A stretch of 60,572 bases of DNA, filler included, from Bdellovibrionota bacterium (GCA_963169515.1; 5 parts of 5 records of this genome joined end to end with filler, not necessarily neighbours in it); one strand, 5' to 3'; shown: positions 48,835 through 58,436, counted from the whole stretch's first letter. Made by a program: numbers and translations. Notes: generated by a model not told the origin, from the letters alone.

Positions 48835-49050
48835 AGATTTTTTTGAAGCCACAACGTAAGAAACGAAGTTCAGAGACTTGGCAGGTGGTGTATATCGACC
48901 TGATGACAAATGTAATGATATTTTTTGTTATTCTTTGGTCCTTGAATCAGGGAAAACAGGTAAAGCTGTCGGAATCGGTTGGTGATCAGACCAGTAGGAT
49001 GGTCAGCCTTCCTGGTGATATCATTTTTTCTCCTGGAAAAACTATACTGA
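48831..49050 (+). CDS. MotB-like stator B subunit, 3' truncated
   Basis: WQVVYIDLMT TM with conserved Asp; start of OmpA-like domain (LPGDIIFSPG). Confidence 0.85.
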
Positions 49051-49150
49051 NNNNNNNNNNNNNNNNNNNNNNNNNNNNNNNNNNNNNNNNNNNNTTAATT
49101 AATTAANNNNNNNNNNNNNNNNNNNNNNNNNNNNNNNNNNNNNNNNNNNN
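49051..49150. other. artificial contig-join spacer
   Basis: N-run with TTAATTAATTAA. Confidence 0.99.
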
Positions 49151-49410
49151 ACGGTTGGTACATTGGACCATTTGCTATGTATGTTTCAGCTGAGGGGAAA
49201 GATGATATAACTAGTGATACGGCCAAAGCAACAGGCACTATTATCGGGGCGTTGTTTGGCTACGGATGGTTTTGGAATAGCTTTAATATGATGTTGGGAC
49301 TTGGTTTTCAATCTTATAATATTAATGCTGAGGCGACGACAACAGTTGATTTTGATAGTGTTAATAGAACCGGCGCTGCATTTGAATGGACGATTGGGTG
49401 GGCGTTTTAA
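49151..49410 (+). CDS. outer-membrane beta-barrel protein C-terminus (5' truncated)
   Basis: FGYGWFW..FN..LGLG ... IGWAF terminal barrel signature. Confidence 0.65.
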
Positions 49411-49451
49411 GTTTTTGGTAAGCGGTTTTTTGAAAAAAAAGGAATGTTAGG

Positions 49452-51209
49452 GTGTCCCATCGTTATACGCAAATACCCGCCAAGGTATTTCCTTTTGTTA
49501 AAATTCGTCTTTTTGCAGCCCTTCGACAGAAATTTCAGGAGGGCTACAGGCTTTCAGATTTACGTTCAGATTTGATGTCAGGAGCTGTTGTGGGTATGGT
49601 CGCCATACCGCTTGGCATGGCGCTCGCGATTGCCAGCGGGGTTCCCCCACAGCATGGTCTTTACACCGTCATCATCGGGGGAGCGATCGTTGCCCTTTTG
49701 GGTGGGTCTCGATTTCAGGTGACAGGGCCAACAGCAGCTTTTGTCGTGATTCTTTCCCCAATCGCGCATAAATTTGGGTTGGGTGGATTGCTTGTTGCTG
49801 GATTTATGGCAGGCATCATGCTGGTCGCAATGGGGTTGGCTCGAATGGGAAAAATGATTCAATTTATTCCCTACCCTGTGACCACTGGGTTTACGTCAGG
49901 GATTGCTGTGGTGATTTCAACGCTACAGCTTAAAGATTTTTTTGGCCTGAAGATTCCTGAATTGCCAGAACGGTTTTTAGAAAAAGTTATTGTACTTTTT
50001 AATGCAAAAGGAACTGTTTCTTTTACAGAGTTTTTGATTGGGGCCTTTACCCTTGCATTTTTAATCTTGTGGCCTAAATTCAACAAAAAAATTCCGTCTC
50101 CACTCGTCGCACTCACAACAATTTCTATTTTGGCAGCACTTTTTAAATATTGGTTTCCCGATCTTGAGATAGCGACCATAGGAAATCGCTTTGCGTTTAA
50201 TGTGAACGGAGTAGCTGGCCATGGCATTCCGCAGGCCTTGCCGAATATGAATTTCCCTTGGGGTTTTACTGCCGGCAACGAGACGCCGTTTCAATTTTCA
50301 CTGGCGGGACTAGAGGAACTTTTATCCTCGGCATTTGCAATAGCCATGTTGGGGGCTATAGAATCTCTGCTTTCTGCTGTGGTTGCAGACGGCATGGCAC
50401 ATACCAAACACAATCCCGATGTAGAACTTGTTGCTCTCGGGGTCGGGAATATTCTTTGCCCATTTTTTGGAGGTATTCCAGCGACCGGTGCGATAGCTCG
50501 AACTGCGACCAATATTCGTTTTGGCGCAAAGTCCCCGCTTTCGGCAGTTTTTCACGCACTTTTTACTTTGATCGTTATACTGTTACTTGCGCCGTTTGTT
50601 TCGTACTTGCCGATGGCAGCATTGGCGGCCCTATTGATGTTGGTTGCTTACAATATGTCTGAGGTAAAGCATTTCTTTCATATTCTTCGAGTCGCTCCAA
50701 AGAGTGACGTAATCGTTCTTCTTTTGTGTTTTTTCCTTACAGTAATTTTTGATATGGTTATCGGGGTGACAGTCGGTGTGGTTTTAGCAGCTCTGCTTTT
50801 CATGAGAAGAATGGCAGAAGCAAGTAGCGGACATAAAGTATCTAGTGGTTCGCATCCATATATTTCAACCCAACCCATTCCGCAAGATGTTATTCTTTAT
50901 GAAATCGAAGGTCCCCTTTTCTTCGGTGCCGCTGAAAAGGCGGCCGAGGCACTCACAGATATCACAGACAATATACGGAGTGTGATTTTTTTAATGAAAG
51001 ATGTTGCTGTAATGGATGTGACGGGGCTTGTAGCTTTTGAAAGTGCAATACGTAAGCTAAGAAATGGAAAAAGAAAAATATGTCTTGTGGGCCTTAGAGC
51101 CCAACCCAAAGGGTTGATTAACAAATCTGATTTGGGCAAAAGCCATGCTGATGTTTTGTTCGCAGACAACGTCGATAGCGCGCTTCAGATGATGAATGGT
51201 GCGAAGTGA
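49452..51209 (+). CDS. dauA: SulP/SLC26 C4-dicarboxylate transporter with STAS domain
   Basis: DL.SG..VG.VAIPL.MALAIASGV.PQHGLYT, GPTAAFVV, IESLL.AVV.DGM, GPLFFGAA. Confidence 0.88.
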   Translation: MSHRYTQIPAKVFPFVKIRLFAALRQKFQEGYRLSDLRSDLMSGAVVGMVAIPLGMALAIASGVPPQHGLYTVIIGGAIVALLGGSRFQVTGPTAAFVVILSPIAHKFGLGGLLVAGFMAGIMLVAMGLARMGKMIQFIPYPVTTGFTSGIAVVISTLQLKDFFGLKIPELPERFLEKVIVLFNAKGTVSFTEFLIGAFTLAFLILWPKFNKKIPSPLVALTTISILAALFKYWFPDLEIATIGNRFAFNVNGVAGHGIPQALPNMNFPWGFTAGNETPFQFSLAGLEELLSSAFAIAMLGAIESLLSAVVADGMAHTKHNPDVELVALGVGNILCPFFGGIPATGAIARTATNIRFGAKSPLSAVFHALFTLIVILLLAPFVSYLPMAALAALLMLVAYNMSEVKHFFHILRVAPKSDVIVLLLCFFLTVIFDMVIGVTVGVVLAALLFMRRMAEASSGHKVSSGSHPYISTQPIPQDVILYEIEGPLFFGAAEKAAEALTDITDNIRSVIFLMKDVAVMDVTGLVAFESAIRKLRNGKRKICLVGLRAQPKGLINKSDLGKSHADVLFADNVDSALQMMNGAK

Positions 51210-51317
51210 AAAATGACTGAGGTCGGAATTCCAAATTGATGAGTAAAATATTTTAGTTCTACAATTCGTATCACGAACATTGGCACTAAGATGGGTTACA
51301 GATTGCAATCAACACGA

Positions 51318-52547
51318 CTACAGAGAGCCCCAATGATTAAATGAGTTTTCAAGGTATTGAATATCAGCAGCTGATACACCATTTGCCATGTAAAAAGCCC
51401 GCCAATTAGAAATTCTGGTTTTTAGCTTTTCAAAGATGGATTTGGCCTCTTCCTTCGATAAATCAAAAGTCTCAGAATTTGAGACAAGGTTTTCAAGTGT
51501 GAATTTCCGCCCTTCCGAGCCAAAGGGCATGGCCAAATACCTTGTTGTCCCAGTTTCTGGCTTAGGCACTAAATCATAAACTGGGGAGAGTCGATAGCTA
51601 TTCCCATTATGAATAAATCCATGGTTTCGCGGATGGTCGTCCGTGTTAGAAATCAACCCATTAAAGGCAATCCTTTGAAAAAGCTCATGAAGATCTTCTT
51701 GTGGATTCTCTATCCATCGTCTCATTTGATCAGCAAGATCAATGTATGACCAATTCTCGTGATCATTCTCATCTAAATTTAATAAGGTAAGGCCGCTAAC
51801 GAAATGGTGGCGATAATAGTCTTTTTTCGAGCCATCGTAAATTCGGTCAAAACGCTTAATGGCAAAAATATCTTGTTCACCAATTCGAATCATCTTTACT
51901 TCAGGAACATTGAGTCCGCACTCATAAGCTAGCTTCATCGTTGCAAATTCAATTTTAGGAAAATTCTGTTTGTCACTCACGGCGGGAAATTTAGTTATCC
52001 AAAGACAGTTATCGGACTCTATTGTGGTTTTGGGCCGAGCACCTCCGGCTGATGGCCCTACCATCAAAAGAGCCTTTTCAGCGTCATCAATGGGCTGATC
52101 TGTTTCGAGCTTATGAGCAGCTGCAATCAATTTTCCTAAATTGACCGTTTTATTGTATGACCTGATCGGCGCGGGCGGCTTTTTCCCAAACCCAAATGAA
52201 AGTGCGCCGATTCGATCACCGGCAGAGTTCAGCAAATATCCCATGGGATCATGCTGATCCGGTGGCGTATTTTTTTGGATGACATATCTGCCCCAGCTAT
52301 CCGGGCTGGCGTCACGGATAGGGCCATGAACGCCTTCATTGATAGTAACTTCAAATTCTCGCTCTTCGAGCGGCAATTGAAATGGATCGAGTGGAATTTT
52401 ATTTGGGTTCTTTAAATACGAGCGCCCATAGACAAAAGTTCCGACTTCGGAATTAGCGCCGGTCTTTTCCCATTTAAATTTTCCAGCAGTAATCGTTTCG
52501 AAAGAGTTCGGAAGTTGAATATAAACAAAACATTCCTTAGAAATCAT
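51318..52547 (-). CDS. hipA: HipA family Ser/Thr kinase toxin
   Basis: DASPD.WGR, SAGGARPK, KFP, RFDR, NTDDHPRNH, LSPVYD. Confidence 0.92.
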   Translation of the reverse strand: MISKECFVYIQLPNSFETITAGKFKWEKTGANSEVGTFVYGRSYLKNPNKIPLDPFQLPLEEREFEVTINEGVHGPIRDASPDSWGRYVIQKNTPPDQHDPMGYLLNSAGDRIGALSFGFGKKPPAPIRSYNKTVNLGKLIAAAHKLETDQPIDDAEKALLMVGPSAGGARPKTTIESDNCLWITKFPAVSDKQNFPKIEFATMKLAYECGLNVPEVKMIRIGEQDIFAIKRFDRIYDGSKKDYYRHHFVSGLTLLNLDENDHENWSYIDLADQMRRWIENPQEDLHELFQRIAFNGLISNTDDHPRNHGFIHNGNSYRLSPVYDLVPKPETGTTRYLAMPFGSEGRKFTLENLVSNSETFDLSKEEAKSIFEKLKTRISNWRAFYMANGVSAADIQYLENSFNHWGSL

Positions 52548-52854
52548 TATTCAGCGTCCTTTTGCTGACGCGAACTTTTTTAGGGAGTCTTTTGTTCATC
52601 AGCTTAACTCCCTCTACGTCGTTGGGTTGGGCTAGGCTTTTCAGTTCGGCTTCGAGCCCTAGCAGCCAAAGCGCGGAAACAAGAACGCCAACACTAACGG
52701 TAGGGGCCCCTTTTTCTAAGGCCATGACTGTTGGGGCCGTGACTTCCATTTTTTTAGCTAAATCAGCAATGGTCCAAAGCCGTCGCTTTCTCGCGAGACG
52801 AACTTGTCCCCCTAGCTCTTTCAGTGCTTCTTTGGCTTTACTGGGCGTGTACAT
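52537..52854 (-). CDS. XRE HTH antitoxin (HipB-like)
   Basis: LG..VRLARKRR.W...LA.......T...LEKG.P.V; overlaps the hipA start. Confidence 0.85.
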   Translation of the reverse strand: MYTPSKAKEALKELGGQVRLARKRRLWTIADLAKKMEVTAPTVMALEKGAPTVSVGVLVSALWLLGLEAELKSLAQPNDVEGVKLMNKRLPKKVRVSKRTLNNDF

Positions 52855-52870
52855 GGGTCCTCCAATGTAT

Positions 52871-52917
52871 AATATATTTTATATTAAATCGGGATAAAGT
52901 TAAATATATTTTATATT
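52871..52917. promoter_or_regulatory. two palindromic operator candidates upstream of hipBA
   Basis: AATATA-TTT-TATATT at 52871-52885 and 52903-52917. Confidence 0.55.
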
Positions 52918-53092
52918 TATTTGATATTTATTTTAAATACATAAGTATTTTTAAATAGTTGAAAAGAATTGAATCAAAACCATTTGGTTCAGTTGCGTAA
53001 GCTGCGACTACTCCTTCGATTTGTGACTCGAAGCCGGCCCTGGACCCGAAGTTAGAACAGCGAGAAGTTGAGTCTTTTCGCGTTAGTTTTGC

Positions 53093-53596
53093 TTAAAGTA
53101 AACTTAGTAAGAGTTTTCTAAGAATGGGGTCGACGATGTCGAAACCTAAATCTAATATCCGTCGTGAAATGGAGCAGCAACTTTTTCGGATAAAAATCCG
53201 ACTAATTTTGCCGTCGTCTCCAGAGATTATGGTTAAAACCCAATCGGCATTTCCCTTTTGGGTCAGTCTGTATGTAATATTTGAATCACTGTAATAATAA
53301 TCTCCAGTTTCTTTACCAAGCAGATCATGAATTTTATTTGATTCAACGCCTATGAGCTTTTTACTTTTTATAAGATCAACGCTCATGTTAGCACGATCTT
53401 CTGTTGAGCCTGTTTTAAATTTTGATTCTAGGAAAGGCTCTTGTGTCCAAATTAAGCTGGCCTCCCACAACAACAGTCGATTATTGTACCAATAGAAAAT
53501 ACCAAAAATAATAATTAGAGCAAATGCTCCAGTTACACATTTAAAGATTAGTTGAATCGATCTTTTAAAAAAATTAGTATTTGTCTTGTTTTTCAT
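53093..53596 (-). CDS. membrane-anchored hypothetical protein (BamE/SmpA-like pattern; possible immunity protein)
   Basis: TM helix, then R..M..DL.....LIG.....I..LLG pattern; overlaps the upstream gene. Confidence 0.6.
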   Translation of the reverse strand: MKNKTNTNFFKRSIQLIFKCVTGAFALIIIFGIFYWYNNRLLLWEASLIWTQEPFLESKFKTGSTEDRANMSVDLIKSKKLIGVESNKIHDLLGKETGDYYYSDSNITYRLTQKGNADWVLTIISGDDGKISRIFIRKSCCSISRRILDLGFDIVDPILRKLLLSLL

Positions 53597-54932
53597 GATT
53601 CAAAACTCTTAACCTGCCACTTTTGACTTCCTCTGCTGCTTTTTCATACAATTCATCATTATCAAAACTGCCTTTTTTCAAAAACTGATTTGCCGTTTGA
53701 ATACCGCGTTCATTATTAAATTCATCCATAGCTTTTTCTTGGGGAGGCTGATCAATTTTTAATTCATGCGTGTTCAAAAATTTTCGAGCCTTTTCCTCTC
53801 CTAAATCTCGAGTTAGCAGTCCGGCCCAAGCAAAGTGTCTGAAAGCATCAGAAGGTCCATTGGCTCCTGAGTTAGGAAAGAATCTGTCACCAGCCTTTTC
53901 CGCTATGAATGAATTAAAATAAACAATCGCAGCTTCAATTGGATATTGTTTTACTAATTCCTTTTCTTGGGGAATTAGGGTTGGATATTGTGATCCGAGA
54001 TAACTCAACAGTTTTAGAGCATATTCTTCTAAAATATTTTGGATCTCATCATTGTATGGAAATACCGAAGCTAAAATTATAGGTTGAACGTCTTCTCGAT
54101 ATGGTTTTAGAAAATACTCTGTCGTTTTAAAAATCTGAATATTGCTTGTGGGATTATAAAAAGTAATAGTTTGAGTTTCATACCCTTTACTTAAAGTAGC
54201 TGTTGATAGATTTGTTTCTGGTATTTCCGATATAAAATTGCCTTGTGGTAGTGCGAAATTTGATTTCTTGTTTTCAACCATTTTTTTAAATTCGTTAAAG
54301 GAATAATATTTACCTTTAACAAAGCTAACTGTATCTTTAATTTCTTGTGGCGTTAGTTGATCAATAATTTCGGATTTTAAGCGTGATGGTAGAGTTAGTG
54401 GTGCTGAAGGCGAAATCTGTTTAACTAGTTCTTTTGAGGAGTCGGGATACTCTTCATAATGAGTTCCGTTACCCAGGTTCCATACAAGTTCTTGCATTTT
54501 TTGAATGCTAGTTTTTGGATTATTAGCGTAGAAGCTCAATGCTTCATTAATTAGTGGAATTTTAGGTTGTCCTTTTGACCATCTGAATATTTCTTTTGAT
54601 TCAGGGGCAGCTTTCTCAGATGCCGCACAAAAAGAATTTATTGTTATGTGAGTTTTTGAATTGGGAGTTAGTGCAATCTTATTTTCTTTTTGTCCTACTC
54701 TAAGATTATTATACGCGATAAGAATGTGAATAAGCTTTTGTTGGTCTTCCTGTTTTTTAAGATTGAGTGTACTTAGTTTGTCTTTGAGCTTTACTGGATC
54801 AGAAAAATCGAACTCATATTTATAGTCTGGAACTTTATTTATTAATTCGCCGATAATTTCTTTGTGGGCACAAGAAGGCATTAATGTGAATAACATGCAC
54901 AGGGAAATAATTTTCTTGTGGAAGGATATCAT
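53574..54932 (-). CDS. lipoprotein with C-terminal DUF6973-like domain
   Basis: Lipobox-like MPSC; SDAFRHFAWAG...HE...MD..NN..G. Confidence 0.7.
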   Translation of the reverse strand: MISFHKKIISLCMLFTLMPSCAHKEIIGELINKVPDYKYEFDFSDPVKLKDKLSTLNLKKQEDQQKLIHILIAYNNLRVGQKENKIALTPNSKTHITINSFCAASEKAAPESKEIFRWSKGQPKIPLINEALSFYANNPKTSIQKMQELVWNLGNGTHYEEYPDSSKELVKQISPSAPLTLPSRLKSEIIDQLTPQEIKDTVSFVKGKYYSFNEFKKMVENKKSNFALPQGNFISEIPETNLSTATLSKGYETQTITFYNPTSNIQIFKTTEYFLKPYREDVQPIILASVFPYNDEIQNILEEYALKLLSYLGSQYPTLIPQEKELVKQYPIEAAIVYFNSFIAEKAGDRFFPNSGANGPSDAFRHFAWAGLLTRDLGEEKARKFLNTHELKIDQPPQEKAMDEFNNERGIQTANQFLKKGSFDNDELYEKAAEEVKSGRLRVLNHEKQDKY

Positions 54933-55351
54933 TCCTCTGCATCCTCAGTAACATTTGTGAGAACTGCTAATTTATTATAAACCTTTTCAGCTAGTGCAGT
55001 GATTTTCTCACAGTTTGATTGTGTTAGTGGCTTGGGCGGTTTTTTTTCTTCGGGGTAGCGATAAGCGACTGCGTATTTTGTGAGAATCCTTGCTTGCCCC
55101 AGTTCAAGACTTAACTTTTGATCGGCCTTAGCGACGAGCTCAACAAGAATATCCATGTTATGAACTTTCGGAAATCTGATTTTATGAAATGTTAAAAATC
55201 CTTTAATCGCTTTTTCTGCTGATTGTTGCGCATGAAAAACTAAAGGTGGCCAAAAATCTTTGGAGTTTTGAGCTAACAATAACTTTGCAGTCCGCAAATC
55301 TTGTGCAGACTTTCGAAACCAAGATTTGACCATGCGTCCTTGATTAGCCAA
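54929..55351 (-). CDS. HEPN domain protein
   Basis: W...A..DL..A, FHAQQSAEKAIKG, PKVH, L..YAV..RYP; start at TTG 55351 or ATG 55333. Confidence 0.88.
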   Translation of the reverse strand: MANQGRMVKSWFRKSAQDLRTAKLLLAQNSKDFWPPLVFHAQQSAEKAIKGFLTFHKIRFPKVHNMDILVELVAKADQKLSLELGQARILTKYAVAYRYPEEKKPPKPLTQSNCEKITALAEKVYNKLAVLTNVTEDAEE

Positions 55352-55673
55352 GGTTGACCTCAATTCCCGTATTCACAGCGGTTTCGGGAATTGAACTAAA
55401 TTCATCTTTCCAGTCATCAAAATCAGTCTGTGAGTAAACCCAAACTTGAACTTCTACGTCGAGCTCTTTCCAAAGTTGAGATGAAATTTTTGACATTACA
55501 TCATAACGATTTTTTGAATCAAATTCTGGAACGACAGCTACAAAATCATAATCACTATCAGGACGTGCGTTGCCATTTGCACGTGATCCATAGAGAAACA
55601 AACGCAAAGGAAAGAGTTCCTTTTTTATTGCTTCTACAATTTTGGGAAGAAGTGCATCGGAAACATTTTTCAT
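55344..55673 (-). CDS. minimal nucleotidyltransferase (MNT) antitoxin
   Basis: LYGSRA.G.ARPDSDYD motif directly upstream of HEPN. Confidence 0.9.
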   Translation of the reverse strand: MKNVSDALLPKIVEAIKKELFPLRLFLYGSRANGNARPDSDYDFVAVVPEFDSKNRYDVMSKISSQLWKELDVEVQVWVYSQTDFDDWKDEFSSIPETAVNTGIEVNLG

Positions 55674-55792
55674 AAAGTGAATATGTCAAAGTGCTTATAT
55701 TATGTAAATATGAATTTACTAATCATGATTTTAGACGTCCGGTATTCGGATTGTTTAGTTGACGCAGTTATTCTTCTCCGGCGAAAGTGATC

Positions 55793-56182
55793 CTATGGAT
55801 GTGGCCACCCGGGCATTCTGGTCGTCGTAAAACTAGCGGGTAGGCCATTATCTACACTTCCGCCGTAAATGAGTTTCTTTACTCTTTCTAACGGATAAAA
55901 TTGGTCAAGCTCTTGTGCTTTAATGTAGAGTGCGTCGATCAGATCCTTGCATGTTCCGAGAGCTTCGCAAGTATTTACAAATTGCCATAATCCAGGTTGA
56001 TCGTGCGCGCTTCCAATTCCTCCACCAAATCCAGTAATATGAATTGATAGATCTAGCTGGAGTGTTCGCAAATCTTTCAAAGACTTGATTTCTCGAAATT
56101 GTTTTTCAAGTTTAACCATGGAACCGTAGAGCCGTAGAACCGTAGAACCATTGAAGTTGGACCCGATTTTCTCAGGCTCCAT
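55793..56182 (-). CDS. hypothetical protein
   Basis: 129-aa ORF; start uncertain (alternative MVKLEK). Confidence 0.5.
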   Translation of the reverse strand: MEPEKIGSNFNGSTVLRLYGSMVKLEKQFREIKSLKDLRTLQLDLSIHITGFGGGIGSAHDQPGLWQFVNTCEALGTCKDLIDALYIKAQELDQFYPLERVKKLIYGGSVDNGLPASFTTTRMPGWPHP

Positions 56183-56248
56183 TTTGTCGTTAGCGCCTCA
56201 AATATAGAGGCGCTCAACGCGGATTCTTCGACTTTGAGCGAAAAATTT

Positions 56249-56270
56249 AAAAAAACTCCCGATGGGAGTT
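56249..56270 (-). terminator. intrinsic terminator after the tRNA pair
   Basis: AACTCCC-ATC-GGGAGTT followed by TTTTT on the minus strand. Confidence 0.75.
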
Positions 56271-56286
56271 CGAATAGCTTGAAAAT

Positions 56287-56362
56287 TGGCGTTCCCAAGG
56301 GGATTTGAACCCCTGTATCCTCCGTGAAAGGGAGGTGTCCTAGGCCACTAGACGATGGGAAC
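56287..56362 (-). tRNA. trnE: tRNA-Glu (TTC)
   Basis: GTTCCCATCGTCTAGTGG...CCTCC-CTTTCAC-GGAGG...GGTTCAAATCC...GGGAACGCCA. Confidence 0.97.
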
Positions 56363-56386
56363 ATCCAAAAGAATTTTTCGAAAAAA

Positions 56387-56463
56387 TGGTGAGCCACGAT
56401 GGACTTGAACCATCGACCCCATCCTTAAAAGGGATGTGCTCTAACCAACTGAGCTAGTGGCCC
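56387..56463 (-). tRNA. trnK: tRNA-Lys (TTT)
   Basis: GGGCCACTAGCTCAGTTGG...CATCC-CTTTTAA-GGATG...GGTTCAAGTCC...CACCA. Confidence 0.97.
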
Positions 56464-56511
56464 ATCACCGTATTTTCGAAAGGGGTAAAGTAGAAATATT
56501 TGCCTAAAGAG

Positions 56512-56611
56512 NNNNNNNNNNNNNNNNNNNNNNNNNNNNNNNNNNNNNNNNNNNNTTAATTAATTAANNNNNNNNNNNNNNNNNNNNNNNNNNNNNNNNN
56601 NNNNNNNNNNN
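56512..56611. other. artificial contig-join spacer
   Basis: N-run with TTAATTAATTAA. Confidence 0.99.
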
Positions 56612-57309
56612 ATATTGATTCAGCAATGTCAAAAACCGTGAACATTCCGCAAAATTATCCTTATGAGGATTTTAAACGCCTCTACTTTGACGTTTATAAG
56701 ACAGGTACTATCAAAGGATGCACGTCTTACCGTGAAGGATCGATGTTGGCTGTTCTTTCTAGCGACAGCGCGGTTGGAAAGCCCGCGGTCCGCGGTATTC
56801 CCCGTACAAAAGCGGCGCCTCGTGCAGAGTCCCTTGATTGCAATATTCATCATTTAAAAACATCAGGAGAGGATTGGGTGGTTTTGGTTGGTCTACTGGA
56901 TAGTGATCCGTACGAAGTTTTCGCAATGAAAAAAAGCAAGCTCCATCTGCCATTAAAACTTAAGAATGGTAAGCTCGTGAAATTAAAAAAGGGAGTCTAC
57001 AATTTAGAGACCGAAGACGGTTGGGTGCTTGCCGATATCCGCGGTTTTTTCGAATCGAATGAGCAGGAAGCCCTCACGCGTATGATCTCGACCGCCCTAA
57101 GACACGGCGCTGATATTGAGTTTATTGTGTCACAGCTTTTCAAGAGTGAAGGGGCGATTACCTCTTTTGCGAAAGCTATCGCACGAACACTGAAGACTTA
57201 TGTGAAAGACCTGTCTACTTTCAGTTGTACCGATTGTGGGGGACGCAACCTTCAGTTGCAAGAAGGTTGCTTTGTGTGCAAGGATTGTGGAAGCAGTAAA
57301 TGCCAGTAA
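56612..57309 (+). CDS. nrdJ: class II (B12-dependent) ribonucleotide reductase C-terminus, 5' truncated
   Basis: IDSAMSKTVNIP, KG.T.YR.GS, PYEVF, R.IS.ALR.G, terminal C..C...EGC..C..CG.SKC. Confidence 0.88.
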
Positions 57310-57338
57310 CACGAACGAGCGGCGTGTTCACGTCGTAG

Positions 57339-58436
57339 CTAGGTTCCTGTCAGGAATTCAAGGACTTCTTTGCGATTTCCTTGAAAAACGCAATTGACGT
57401 TGCGCTTGTTAAGGCTCAGAAGGTAGCGGGGGTCGTAGTACCATTCGAGAAGCTTTCGAATCCAAATCTTGTTGGGTTCCAAATCACGATTGCGGTCGTA
57501 TAATGAGCTGGCTTCGGCGATATTTTTTAAGATTTCCGCAGTCCTAGCGCCACCTAATCGCTTCGAAATCTTAAAGACGCATTTTCTGTAGTGTTCGAAC
57601 ACCTTATGGGCTTTCCCATGATCGCCGCTTGTAAGACCTGATCCCACGATATACTCATCGTAGGTTGTTTTTGTTCTTGAATCCAAATTCTCATCAATAA
57701 AAATAACCGGAGATTCCCTAAGCTTTGAAAACAGCGCTCTTGGTATGGAGAGGTTACCAATCATAAGGGATTCGTCTTCGATTAATACATTTTCAAGCGA
57801 TTCCAAACATATCAATTCGCAGGCAATGCGGTTTTCGAAAAATATCTGAGAGGGTTGTGGTTTATCAAAACCACCAAACGCAGACCCGCGATGTTCGGCG
57901 TAGGCTTCTAGATCGAGACAGGGTTTATTTGCCATCAAGCTCTTAATCAAGAGAGATTTTCCAGACCCAGTAGCTCCGGCAATGACGTTTAAATTTAAGG
58001 CCCCTATTTTAGAATCCAGTTCTCCGATTAAGAAATTTCGTAATGCTTTAGTTCCTCCTTTTATTCGCGGCACATGCACGCCATATTCGCGACACCAATC
58101 TTGTGCAATTTGACTGCGTAATCCGCCGCGATAGCAGGTAATTGCACCGTGGTTCATATTTTTCAAAGCATTGATCCAAGCATTAATTCGGTTCTCGCGA
58201 ACGGTGCCGGATACAAGCTCATGCCCCATTTTCACGGCCGCATCCCTGCCGTTTTGTTTGTATAACGTGCCGACGATTTCTCGTTCTCGGTTTTCCAAAA
58301 TAGGAATGTTTGTAGAGTTTGGAATATGACCGTCGGAAAATTCAATTTCAGAACGCACATCCATGAGGTGCTGTCGATTTTTTAAAAACCATAAGAACTC
58401 GGATTCTTCGATAAAATCCTTCAAATCAGAATCCAA
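57339..58436 (-). CDS. mnmH: tRNA 2-selenouridine synthase
   Basis: DVRS..EF..GHIP, CYRGGLRS, GATGSGK, DLE..A.HRGSAFG, EDES..IG, YYDP.Y. Confidence 0.93.
   Translation of the reverse strand: MDSDLKDFIEESEFLWFLKNRQHLMDVRSEIEFSDGHIPNSTNIPILENREREIVGTLYKQNGRDAAVKMGHELVSGTVRENRINAWINALKNMNHGAITCYRGGLRSQIAQDWCREYGVHVPRIKGGTKALRNFLIGELDSKIGALNLNVIAGATGSGKSLLIKSLMANKPCLDLEAYAEHRGSAFGGFDKPQPSQIFFENRIACELICLESLENVLIEDESLMIGNLSIPRALFSKLRESPVIFIDENLDSRTKTTYDEYIVGSGLTSGDHGKAHKVFEHYRKCVFKISKRLGGARTAEILKNIAEASSLYDRNRDLEPNKIWIRKLLEWYYDPRYLLSLNKRNVNCVFQGNRKEVLEFLTGT

Noticed and set aside
48031..49050. MotAB pair as Zorya ZorAB
   Set aside because: The A subunit is 267 aa without the long ZorA tail, and no zorC/D/E is visible; downstream genes are missing, so it cannot be fully excluded
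52981..53092. Possible integron attC site between island genes
   Set aside because: CTAAC motifs are present but no properly placed complementary GTTRRRY box, and there is no integrase
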